Shown piece after piece: positions 1 through 7,636 of a stretch of 54,621 nt of DNA. Every line of letters begins with the position of its first letter. Within the stretch, counting starts at the first letter, position 1. Made by a program: the position numbers and the translations under genes. Source of the DNA: an uncultured Fibrobacterota bacterium (GTDB lineage: Bacteria > Fibrobacterota > Chitinivibrionia > Chitinivibrionales > FEN-1185); NCBI GenBank assembly GCA_963729895.1, contig CAVSQB010000033.1:1-54621 (forward strand), written 5' to 3'. Below the pieces are notes generated by a model. That model was not told the origin of the DNA, searched no databases, and saw nothing but the letters and a program-made list of their open reading frames with translations.

Positions 1-105
1 AGTGAATCGTCTCGGCTAAGGCAGCGCAAGAACATATATGAACGCACACTCTGGCACATTTCTGCAAGGAGACCTATTATGAGATTTCTATTTGGGTGGG
101 CATTT

Positions 106-1398
106 ATGAAAAAGGCTGCTATGAAAAGTATTTTGAAAAATGTTGTCATGGGTATTGGGTTGGTGGTATTGTTTACGCATACCGCAAGTGTTCAATGGAC
201 TGTGGTCGATTCCAGCCTCCCTATCACTACAAATGTCTACGCCCTTGCCGTAAGCGGCGGCAACATCTTTGCCGGCGCTGCGGGCAACGGTACTTATGGC
301 GGGACTGGCGATGTTTTCCTATCCACCAATAACGGCACAACCTGGACCGTGGTCGATTCTGGCCTCCCTGCGAATACTTTTGTCGGGTGTTTTGCCGTAA
401 GCGGCAACAACATCTTTGCCGGTGCCATGACTTCTGGAGGCGGTGTTTTCCTATCCGCCAACAACGGTGCAACCTGGACCATGGTCGATTCCGGCCTCAC
501 GAATACTGTCATCCTGTCTCTTGCCGTGAGCGGCAACAACATCTTTGCCGGGACTTTTGGAGGCGGTGTTTTCCTATCCACCAATAACGGTACAAACTGG
601 ACTGCGGTCAATTCTGGACTCACAAATACTGACATCATGTCTCTTGCCGTGAGCGGCAGCAATATCTTTGCCGGGACTGCGAGCGGGGGTCCCGGCAAAA
701 TCGGGGGTATTTTTCTATCGACCAATAACGGCACAAACTGGACCGGGGTCTATTCCGGCCTCACGGATGCTTATGTCCGCTCTCTTGCCGTAAGCGGCAA
801 CAACATCTTTGCTGGGATTTATGGAGGCGGTGTTTACCTATCCACCAATAACGGCACAACCTGGACTGTGGTCGATTCCGGCCTCACGAATGATACTGTC
901 ATGTCTCTTGTGGTGAGCGGCAAAAATATCTTTGCCGGGACTTTTGGAGGCGGTGTTTTCCTATCCACCAATAACGGTACAAACTGGACTGCCGTCAATT
1001 CTGGCCTAACGAATACTGACATCATGTCTCTTGCCGTGAGCGGCGGTAGCATCTTTGCCGGGACCGCGGGCGGGGGTATATGGCGTAGGCCGCTTTCAGA
1101 AATGCTAGGTGTAATCAATCCTATCCCGCAGCAAGGAATGTCAAAGAGGTATTCCAACGGATTAAAAATCAATATCAGCAAAAACGCTATTTCTGTTTCA
1201 TTACCGACCACTTTGACTAATGGTAAGATATCTGTTGGATTGTATACCACTGCCGGGAAAAGAATTTATTGGGCCACGCATAATGCCTATAACGCCATTT
1301 TGCGTATCCCAACATCGGGATTATCAACAGGCACTTATCTAATATCAATTACCGACAGAAGAACTGCGCTGTCATCGTCGTTTTTGTTAACTAGATAA
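106..1398 (+). CDS. Secreted BNR/Asp-box beta-propeller repeat protein with T9SS-like C-terminal sorting domain; integron gene cassette
   Basis: Signal-peptide-like N-terminus. About 7-8 repeats of LAVSGNNIFAGT..GGGVFLSTNNGTxWTxVxSGL. C-terminal 'LYTTAGKRI...LSTGTYLISI' tail. Followed ~55 bp later by an attC. Start could be 79, 106 or 121. Confidence 0.8.
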   Translation: MKKAAMKSILKNVVMGIGLVVLFTHTASVQWTVVDSSLPITTNVYALAVSGGNIFAGAAGNGTYGGTGDVFLSTNNGTTWTVVDSGLPANTFVGCFAVSGNNIFAGAMTSGGGVFLSANNGATWTMVDSGLTNTVILSLAVSGNNIFAGTFGGGVFLSTNNGTNWTAVNSGLTNTDIMSLAVSGSNIFAGTASGGPGKIGGIFLSTNNGTNWTGVYSGLTDAYVRSLAVSGNNIFAGIYGGGVYLSTNNGTTWTVVDSGLTNDTVMSLVVSGKNIFAGTFGGGVFLSTNNGTNWTAVNSGLTNTDIMSLAVSGGSIFAGTAGGGIWRRPLSEMLGVINPIPQQGMSKRYSNGLKINISKNAISVSLPTTLTNGKISVGLYTTAGKRIYWATHNAYNAILRIPTSGLSTGTYLISITDRRTALSSSFLLTR

Positions 1399-1644
1399 CA
1401 ATATCACCGCTTCTGATATCGTGTCCGTTTTTCGATCAAAAGACAAAAGGGCTATAACAAGCGGTTCAATCATGACTGTCCGCATTTGCAAACAGCTTTG
1501 GTATGCAAGCGGTAGTTTCCTTACACAATGTTTCGCGGTTTGCAAAGGTCAAATGCAGATATTATGATTAAAAGGTGCAGTATCCCTTCGTATTTTTGGA
1601 ATAGGGTTAGTAGATTCCAAAAACTTAAACGAAAGGATACTGCG

Positions 1645-2715
1645 ATGCGTATCAGGAAAAATAGTAGAGCGCTGGAGTTTAATGGGCAAAGATTTGACAT
1701 TGGGATAGATGCTCATGATTCTAATTGGAGCGTAACTATTCGTTCCAACCAGTTACTTCTGAAAAAGTTTTCAATGAACCCATCCCCGAGAGAGCTTTCC
1801 GATTACATGAAGAAGCACTATCCTGGCGGGGAATACCATAGCGTTTATGAGGCTGGATTTTGCGGCTATTGGATTCACCGCGAATTGACGGAAGCTGGCG
1901 TTAGGAATATTATTGTAAACCCTGCGGACGTTCCAACGACAAATAAGGAGAAAATAGCAAAGCGCGATCCGATCGACAGCAACAAACTGAGCCGGGAACT
2001 CGGCAATGGGTCTTTGGAGTGCATCTTTATTCCTAATCCACAACAGCAGTCGATTCGCTCACTCTCTCGGCTACGTTTTCAGCAGACCAAGCGGAGCAGT
2101 CAGGTAAAGAGTTATATCAAAGGATTTCTCCACTTCAACGGAATTTCTATTCCCGCGGAGTATAGCGGCCGCCGCTGGTCACGGAACTTCATTCGCTGGT
2201 TGCAGGCTTTGAAATTCGAACAGGAACAGAACCGGCAGACACTGGATTTGCTTCTGGTGCAATACGAGGATGCACGGAAAGGCAAGCTTGATATTTTGAG
2301 GGGTTTGCGTACATACAGCTCCCGTAATGAGACCATTCGCCTTTTGCGGACCATACCCGGAATCGGTCTGACGACGGCATTCACTCTTTACGCAGAGCTT
2401 CTCGACATAAGAAGATTTGCGAAATTCGACAAGCTAGCAGCCATCATCGGCCTTATCCCTGAGGTCAAGAGTAGTGATGACAAGAAATGGACAAAGGGTA
2501 TTGCCAGCAGGAAATCCGTTTATTTGCGATATTTGCTGGTAGAGGCGGCTTGGATAGCGATCCGCAAAGACCCTGTATTGACGAAAAGCTTCAGTGACCT
2601 GACGAGGCGAATGACCAAGAACAATGCCATTATCAGGATAGCAAAGAAATTGCTCAGCCGAATCAGGTACGTCTGGGCGAACCAAAAGCCATATGCTCTA
2701 GGCATAATCGAATAG
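1645..2715 (+). CDS. IS110-family transposase (DEDD RuvC-like + Tnp domain)
   Basis: Motifs GIDAH, VYEAG, KRDPIDS, LRTIPGIG, VKSS, LVEAAW. RBS GAAAGGA precedes ATG 1645. The 1528 start of the ORF track lies outside the IS. Confidence 0.92.
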   Translation: MRIRKNSRALEFNGQRFDIGIDAHDSNWSVTIRSNQLLLKKFSMNPSPRELSDYMKKHYPGGEYHSVYEAGFCGYWIHRELTEAGVRNIIVNPADVPTTNKEKIAKRDPIDSNKLSRELGNGSLECIFIPNPQQQSIRSLSRLRFQQTKRSSQVKSYIKGFLHFNGISIPAEYSGRRWSRNFIRWLQALKFEQEQNRQTLDLLLVQYEDARKGKLDILRGLRTYSSRNETIRLLRTIPGIGLTTAFTLYAELLDIRRFAKFDKLAAIIGLIPEVKSSDDKKWTKGIASRKSVYLRYLLVEAAWIAIRKDPVLTKSFSDLTRRMTKNNAIIRIAKKLLSRIRYVWANQKPYALGIIE

Positions 2716-2900
2716 CGCTGTAAGAAAATACTCAGATTGAACATGCGCTCATGCGCGTGTAGACCGTAGGACTACGACTGCGGATGGAAACATTCCGTTT
2801 AATGCAGATTGCGGCTACACATTTTTACTCTGATAAATATCTTGCAGCGGGGTTAGACGACCTGACTGTTCATAGCAGTATGCAAACTGTTCAATCTGTA
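2716..2900 (+). ncRNA. Predicted bridge/seek RNA of the IS110 element
   Basis: Stem GTGTAG(A)CCGTA/TGCGGCTACAC encloses guides ACTACGACT (2771-79) and AATGCAG (2801-07), which match the target flanks. A second loop has AATATCT (2836-42) and CATAGCAG (2871-78), which match the joined IS ends. RNA boundaries are approximate. Confidence 0.8.
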
Positions 2901-3213
2901 CATGGCAGATTAGGAATCTTGAAATACAGAAGGCGATCGCACTGTCTCTTAATCAAGCTTTTCTGCTAAATTCGTTGCTTTTTAACATAGCGGTCGTAGT
3001 CCAGCATATTAACCGCACGTTATGCCATAAATTTGAAGACAATTAATTCGAAAAAGGCAAGACAATTAATTCGGGGAAATTTACCGGTAAAGGCTTGGGC
3101 TTGGAAGAATCGGTTTCCACCAGACAGAATTAATGGAGACAAGACCAAAACGATTCGGAAAAGATAATCGAAGAATTCCGGAAATAAAATGCAATAGAAA
3201 TGTGTAAAACCTG

Positions 3214-3242
3214 TTGCCGAAATGCACACAAAGTAGTATATT
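3214..3242 (+). promoter_or_regulatory. Sigma70-type promoter of the TA cassette
   Basis: TTGCCG-17 bp-TATATT, ending 6 nt before the toxin ATG. Confidence 0.6.
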
Positions 3243-3248
3243 TGAGCA

Positions 3249-3527
3249 ATGAAGCGTTATCATTGGAACGATGAAAAGAACGAACAACTGAAGAAGGATC
3301 GTGGCATTTGTTTTGAAGATGTCGTCTATTTTCTTGAGCAAGATTTGCTTTTGGACAGTTTCGACAACCCAAACCAAAAGAAGTATCCTGGCCAAAAGCT
3401 CTATGTTATTGATATTGATGGCTATGCATACATAGTTCCCTTTGTTGAATCTGAGGATTCCGTTTTCTTAAAGACCATCATTCCAAGCAGAAAAGCTACA
3501 AACAAATATTTAAGAAGAAAAGGATAA
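3249..3527 (+). CDS. BrnT-like (DUF4258-type) type II toxin
   Basis: 92 aa with WNDEKNEQLKKDRGICFEDV...YPGQ...YIVPFVE...FLKTIIPSRKAT, typical of this toxin family. Lies within a cassette. Confidence 0.85.
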   Translation: MKRYHWNDEKNEQLKKDRGICFEDVVYFLEQDLLLDSFDNPNQKKYPGQKLYVIDIDGYAYIVPFVESEDSVFLKTIIPSRKATNKYLRRKG

Positions 3528-3531
3528 TCAT

Positions 3532-3807
3532 ATGAATCTTACAGCTGAAGAAAGAGATATCCTGGATTCTTTTGAACGGGATGAATGGAAGCCGGTCAAA
3601 AATCTCGATGCAGAGAAAAAACGCGCTCGGGAATATGCTCGTGCGACCATGCGAAAGGATAGACGTGTAAACATCCGAATCTCTCAGCGCGATCTCATGG
3701 AACTACAGCGCAAAGCTGTCCATGAGGGTCTTCCCTACCAAACATTTATCTCCAGTCTATTGCATAAAATTGTGAATGGACGAATGACTGAACGTCCAGT
3801 GCATTGA
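3532..3807 (+). CDS. CopG/BrnA-like ribbon-helix-helix antitoxin
   Basis: 91 aa, KDRRVNIRIS...GLPYQTFISSLLHK; directly downstream of the toxin. Confidence 0.85.
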   Translation: MNLTAEERDILDSFERDEWKPVKNLDAEKKRAREYARATMRKDRRVNIRISQRDLMELQRKAVHEGLPYQTFISSLLHKIVNGRMTERPVH

Positions 3808-3850
3808 CATTTGCATCCAATCTGAATATTTGTTCATAATTAGTATCCAA

Positions 3851-3944
3851 GCATAACAAGCGGTTCAAGTCATGACCGAACGCGGGGCCCAAACGCTCCC
3901 TTTGGTCGCGTTTCCCGCGTCGGCAGGTTAACCGCACGTTATGC
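3851..3944 (+). other. attC site 2
   Basis: GCATAAC-AAGCGGTTCAAGTCATGACCGAACGCGGG...CCCGCGTCGGCAGGTTAACCGCAC-GTTATGC. Its R'' is complementary to the GTTATGC that opens this cassette at 3019. Confidence 0.92.
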
Positions 3945-4001
3945 CCGAAATTTAAAGACAATTAATGCGCTCGGAACAAAACGATTATTTCGGGGATATT
4001 T

Positions 4002-4253
4002 TGCCCGATCCCACTCAAAATGACCGTTTAATCCCACGTTAAATGACCGGTCAATCCCAGTTAATTTGACCGGCAAATCCCACTGAAAATGACCGCTGAA
4101 TCCCAGGTTATTTGACCGGACGATTTTTTACGGAAGGCGTTGCGGATTGTGCCATATTCGGTCTTCTTTCAAACCATGAAAGGGGACCGTATGAGCAGGG
4201 AGCGAACGTCTATGCGTAAAATTCGACAAGCATTGCGATTTTGCAAAGCTTAG
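4002..4253 (+). mobile_element. IS21-family left-end remnant with truncated istA (MSRERTSMRKIRQALRF...)
   Basis: Begins with TG, has five tandem 23-bp repeats, then an IstA-like N-terminus at 4191 that stops at 4253. Confidence 0.75.
4008..4122. repeat. 5 x 23-bp tandem repeats (ATCCCAnnnnAnnTGACCGnnnn), IS21 end repeats
   Basis: Units start at 4008, 4031, 4054, 4077 and 4100, with no spacers. Confidence 0.9.
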
Positions 4254-4473
4254 GAACGATGCTTTGCAAAAGGAAAGCAATGCGGTGTCGGCGAGCCCTT
4301 AATCCACCTTTGGGACTGGACGCGGCGCAAGCGCGAAGCGCATACCAGTGCGCAGGCGTACGGAACTACCATATTACGCGAAAGAAAGGTTGTGGGGGTT
4401 TCCAAAGGGGGAAGGGCGTACAACTTGCTTTTCAGCTTTTCTCAGCCGCCGGGCTACCGCATTTTGTCATTCC

Positions 4474-4650
4474 TCAAGCGTGGGCGTGTTCTCTCTTCAC
4501 GGTCCGGCATTTGATGCCAAGCCGCTTGCAGCCTTCCCGCGCTTTCTCGTTGATATATCTGACCTGGTCTTTTTCGGGAATTTTTTCAAGCTCTTTTGAT
4601 AATGCTTCCCGCCAGACCCAGACATCTTCGACAGCTTTACCGTAGTTCAT
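4474..4650 (-). CDS. Small (58 aa) putative antitoxin partner of the PIN protein; not in the ORF track
   Basis: MNYGKAVEDVWVWREALSKELEKIPEKDQVRYINEKAREGCKRLGIKCRTVKREHAHA; starts 1 nt after the PIN stop. Confidence 0.6.
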   Translation of the reverse strand: MNYGKAVEDVWVWREALSKELEKIPEKDQVRYINEKAREGCKRLGIKCRTVKREHAHA

Positions 4651-4651
4651 G

Positions 4652-5158
4652 TTATTTCGCCTCCATCAAATTGCCGCCAAGAAACCTGTGCGGCGTGGTA
4701 ATGTCAACCATGTGGTCATATCCGTTCTGCAGATTTATCGCGTTAAAACCATCGATCCGGCGGTCATTTACCAGATGTCGGCAGTTGAAACTGACGATAT
4801 GCTTAATACCGTTCACGGTTGCGATTGCCACGTGACTACAGTCGCGATATACCCGCTGTGAAACCGCCGCTCCTCCGAAACCGGCTTCTATGTATCGCTT
4901 CGTTAGTGCCGTGGCTTCGTCGTCCAACTCCAACACGCCTGGCTGGACACGGTTTATGTGCTGGGCCAGACGTTTCTGCAGCGCCAGATCAACCGTCGCA
5001 AGTATCTCATCCAGTACTACGTTCGAGATGTAGGTTTCGTACTCACCACGGACGACAGCGGCGAAAAACTGTTCCGCCGTCTCACGCCAATCCTGCCGAT
5101 CGTCATGCTCCAACTGATTCCAGACCGAAGTTTCGATATAGAGTTTTTTCTTCATCAT
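4652..5158 (-). CDS. PIN-domain (VapC-like) nuclease
   Basis: LYIETSV...ISNVVLDEI...DCSHVAIA...IVSFNCRHLVN acidic PIN motifs. Confidence 0.85.
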   Translation of the reverse strand: MMKKKLYIETSVWNQLEHDDRQDWRETAEQFFAAVVRGEYETYISNVVLDEILATVDLALQKRLAQHINRVQPGVLELDDEATALTKRYIEAGFGGAAVSQRVYRDCSHVAIATVNGIKHIVSFNCRHLVNDRRIDGFNAINLQNGYDHMVDITTPHRFLGGNLMEAK

Positions 5159-5174
5159 AGGCTACAATACCCGG

Positions 5175-5411
5175 TTAGTTTCCATGCGTATTTGCAAGTA
5201 GTTCCACCAACTCCACGACCTGTTTCTGCGCCTTGGGAGGCAACGAATCAACCGCCTGGAGCCGTTTCCACAGCCGACTGTTTTTCGGAGGGGAGACGCT
5301 CATGCGTCTGTTCCCCAGCAGTTCGTCCGTGGTGACGCTCAGCGCCTTTGCAAGAATCGGCAACTGTGCGGCAGGAGGCCTGTCGGTCTGCGCCTCATAG
5401 TACGCGATCAT
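5175..5411 (-). pseudogene. XRE-family HTH regulator, apparently missing its N-terminal helices
   Basis: (QR)MIAYYE..RPPAAQLPILAKALSVTTDELLG is the second half of an XRE HTH. An in-frame stop lies 11 codons upstream of the ATG. Confidence 0.6.
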
Positions 5412-5768
5412 TCTTTGGCATGATAAATTTCGGTTTTGCCGTCAGGCAGCTGTAACATTCCCGAAAAAACGGTTTCCACCGACTCGAAGGTTCCACGTGG
5501 ATGCTCAATAGTTAAGCTTATTTTGAATTTTGATTCCTTTTCGTTCAGGAGGCCCGGACTACTGATAGGAAGTTTGATTTTTCGCAAGCGGGTTGTCGTA
5601 TAAGGAAGATTTTTTTGCGGAAGCTCAATTCTTCCCCCACTTTCCCGCTTCCGTCGTCCGCATCTTGAACGGCCTCAAGGCAAAATATAGACATTGCCGG
5701 CCACAATTGTCAAATCCGGGAATACATGTCTCGTGGCTTCGGTGAAAGCAAAAAAATAGTCGGGGTTG

Positions 5769-7211
5769 TCAAGCGCAGGTCCGCTCGAAGAACTCATAAT
5801 CGAGCGTAGGTTCTGCGGCGACGAGTGGCAGCTTCTCTTCCGGAGGCGGGCGCGGCGACTGTTCCTTCCAAAGACCACAGTGCTTCAGAATCTTCTGTAT
5901 TATCGCGTCCTCATCGATGAATGAAATGATCCTCATCTCACCTCCGCACTTCGGACATTTCAGCGGGTCTGCCTCGTAAACGCACTTGATGAGCGCAGCC
6001 CATGTCATGCGGCATTTTCGCCTGAAAGCGGTGTCAGGTTCAGGCTGTCCGGGAAGGGCAACAGGCTTCCCGTCCTTCTCACGCATCCCCCGTTTCTTGT
6101 TCGAGTAAAAACCGTAATACCTGATCTGGTGCTCGCCCTTATTGGGAATATGCTGCGTGACTTCTGCTAAAAAGTCGAGCGGGTCAAACACCTCGAAGTT
6201 TCTGGGTATGCCTTCCATGAGCGTCTGGATCGGCGGCGTGCAGCGCTCCGGCAAAACAGGGTCGCCTGTGTGCGGGAACGGGAAGCACTTCCCCTTTGAT
6301 GCGCGGTACACTATCCTGCCGTCGGCATTGAGCGTGACCATGCGGGCGAGGCTGAACGGGCACCGGGAGATGTACTCCACCAGACGCTGCATGCCTTCGT
6401 GGTCGCCCGCCTCAATCCGAACGGAGTTGTCGACATTGAACCCGCTGTGTTTCCACTGCCGCATGTTTGCCGCAGTGTCCAGGTCTATCTTGAACTCATC
6501 AAGCAGCAGATCAAAAACCTTCTCCTGCCAGATGTCGGCCGCCCTGTGCCGCCAGATGTCGGGAATGTGCACAAAGTGCCCCGTGTCCGTGAATACGCCC
6601 TCGGGCACGATGGCGTGGATATGGGAATGCCAGTGTATGAGATCGCCGAACGTCTGCACCGCGCCTACCATTGCGGGAACGCCGCAATCTCCGTCGATCT
6701 CCAGCGCGTAAACGTCGCATACCGTATCATAGGCAGCGCGGCAGAGCTTGCCCAAAAGGCTCCGGTCGTAGCGAAAGTAAACCCGCAGCCGCTTCGGAAT
6801 GGTAAAAACCCATTGGAGATGCGGCACTTCGGCAAGCACCTCCTCCTTGAGCCGATGGCCCAGCAGCAAGGCCCGCTTCTGATCGCAGGATGGACAGCAC
6901 GACCGCTGGCGGCAGGAGAACGCGACAAAAAATTCTTCCCCGCAGTCCTTGCACCTGACGCGAGCGAAACCTTCTTTGAGATCGCCGCATTTGAGGAACT
7001 TTTCGATGGACGAGCGAATCACCGGTCGCCAAAAGCCGTATCGCTGCTGATAACGTTCCGGGTACACACGCTCGAAATCGTCAAAGCAATCGCGCACAAC
7101 CTTGAAAAACGGCGAGGCATCATGGTCACGCGGACGGTAGAACTTGCGGGGCAGGCCATACGTGCGGGTCTGCGTGACAGGTCTTGGGCAGGCAATCGTG
7201 ACAGGCGGCAT
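5769..7211 (-). CDS. IS91-family HUH transposase with Zn-binding domain (single catalytic Tyr, ISCR-like)
   Basis: CGDLKEGFARVRCKDC...FSCRQRSCCPSC, HLQWVFTIPK, QTFG..HWHSHIH (HUH), EYISR, HQIRYYG, C-terminal CPKCG. Confidence 0.93.
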   Translation of the reverse strand: MPPVTIACPRPVTQTRTYGLPRKFYRPRDHDASPFFKVVRDCFDDFERVYPERYQQRYGFWRPVIRSSIEKFLKCGDLKEGFARVRCKDCGEEFFVAFSCRQRSCCPSCDQKRALLLGHRLKEEVLAEVPHLQWVFTIPKRLRVYFRYDRSLLGKLCRAAYDTVCDVYALEIDGDCGVPAMVGAVQTFGDLIHWHSHIHAIVPEGVFTDTGHFVHIPDIWRHRAADIWQEKVFDLLLDEFKIDLDTAANMRQWKHSGFNVDNSVRIEAGDHEGMQRLVEYISRCPFSLARMVTLNADGRIVYRASKGKCFPFPHTGDPVLPERCTPPIQTLMEGIPRNFEVFDPLDFLAEVTQHIPNKGEHQIRYYGFYSNKKRGMREKDGKPVALPGQPEPDTAFRRKCRMTWAALIKCVYEADPLKCPKCGGEMRIISFIDEDAIIQKILKHCGLWKEQSPRPPPEEKLPLVAAEPTLDYEFFERTCA

Positions 7212-7486
7212 GAAACGTTCTCCGGTGGGTGAAACCGGAGAAACGAATCAAGCGCCGTGCCGCGAAACTCGGTCTTACGCAATCAACGGGAAAACCAGGC
7301 CCTTACCGAAAATTCGGCATATCACCAGACAATCGCGGAAATGCCACAACAGGGACAAAATGTGACGGCCGTCACCACGGTTTTGCGACCGTGAACGGTG
7401 TGCCGGAAAAATCTGGACGTACCCAATCGCCGGAGCGTATCTTAATGACAAGAGACAAGCGTAGAGAATCAAAAATAGAAATCCGC

Positions 7487-7562
7487 GCCTAACAACGCCT
7501 TCAAGCCATGACCGGCCGAAATCGTAATGCGGTCATACCGGCGGCTTAAGGCGGCGTTAGGC
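7487..7562 (+). other. attC site 3, inside IS91-like element copy 1
   Basis: GCCTAAC-AACGCCTTCAAGCCATGACCG...CGGTCAT..GGCTTAAGGCGGC-GTTAGGC. Perfect R''/R' boxes, L boxes with the extra C, and the same TTCAA..CATGAC signature as attC1/2. Confidence 0.9.
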
Positions 7563-7636
7563 TCGGAAAAATATCAAGACATCGCATTTTGGTCAAGTTG
7601 ATAAAGGGACTGTGAGCTTCCTAGTAGAACGTTGCA

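Larger units (their letters stand above)
1557..2993 (+). mobile_element. IS110-family (IS1111-like organisation) insertion sequence inserted in attC1
   Basis: DEDD transposase. Subterminal imperfect IRs TATGATTAAAAGG (1563-) and CTTTTTAACATA (-2989). 2-nt core copies AG (1557-58) and GG (2992-93). Long 3' non-coding end. Removing it restores an attC hairpin. Confidence 0.9.
1452..3025 (+). other. attC site 1 (about 139 bp when reconstituted), split by the IS110 element
   Basis: Left half CTATAAC-AAGCGGTTCAATCATGACTGTCCGCATTTG...CAAATGC (1452-1556). Right half TCGTAGTCCAGCATATTAACCGCAC-GTTATGC (2994-3025). GCGGTT(C)AAT pairs with ATTAACCGC with the typical extra base, and CCGCATTTG pairs with the rejoined CAAATGCGG. 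Confidence 0.85.

Noticed and set aside
190..1080. Repeats in the first gene as a DGR template/variable pair
   Set aside because: They are in-frame protein repeats, differences are not adenine-specific, and there is no reverse transcriptase in the window.
4008..4122. 23-bp repeats as a CRISPR array or iterons
   Set aside because: There are no spacers, cas genes or rep gene. They follow a TG terminus and precede an IstA-like start, as in IS21 ends.
7229..7492. 87-aa plus-strand ORF in the IS91-like element as a real gene
   Set aside because: It crosses hairpin and promoter-like sequence. Only the last ~17 codons ending in the attC look like a cassette gene remnant.
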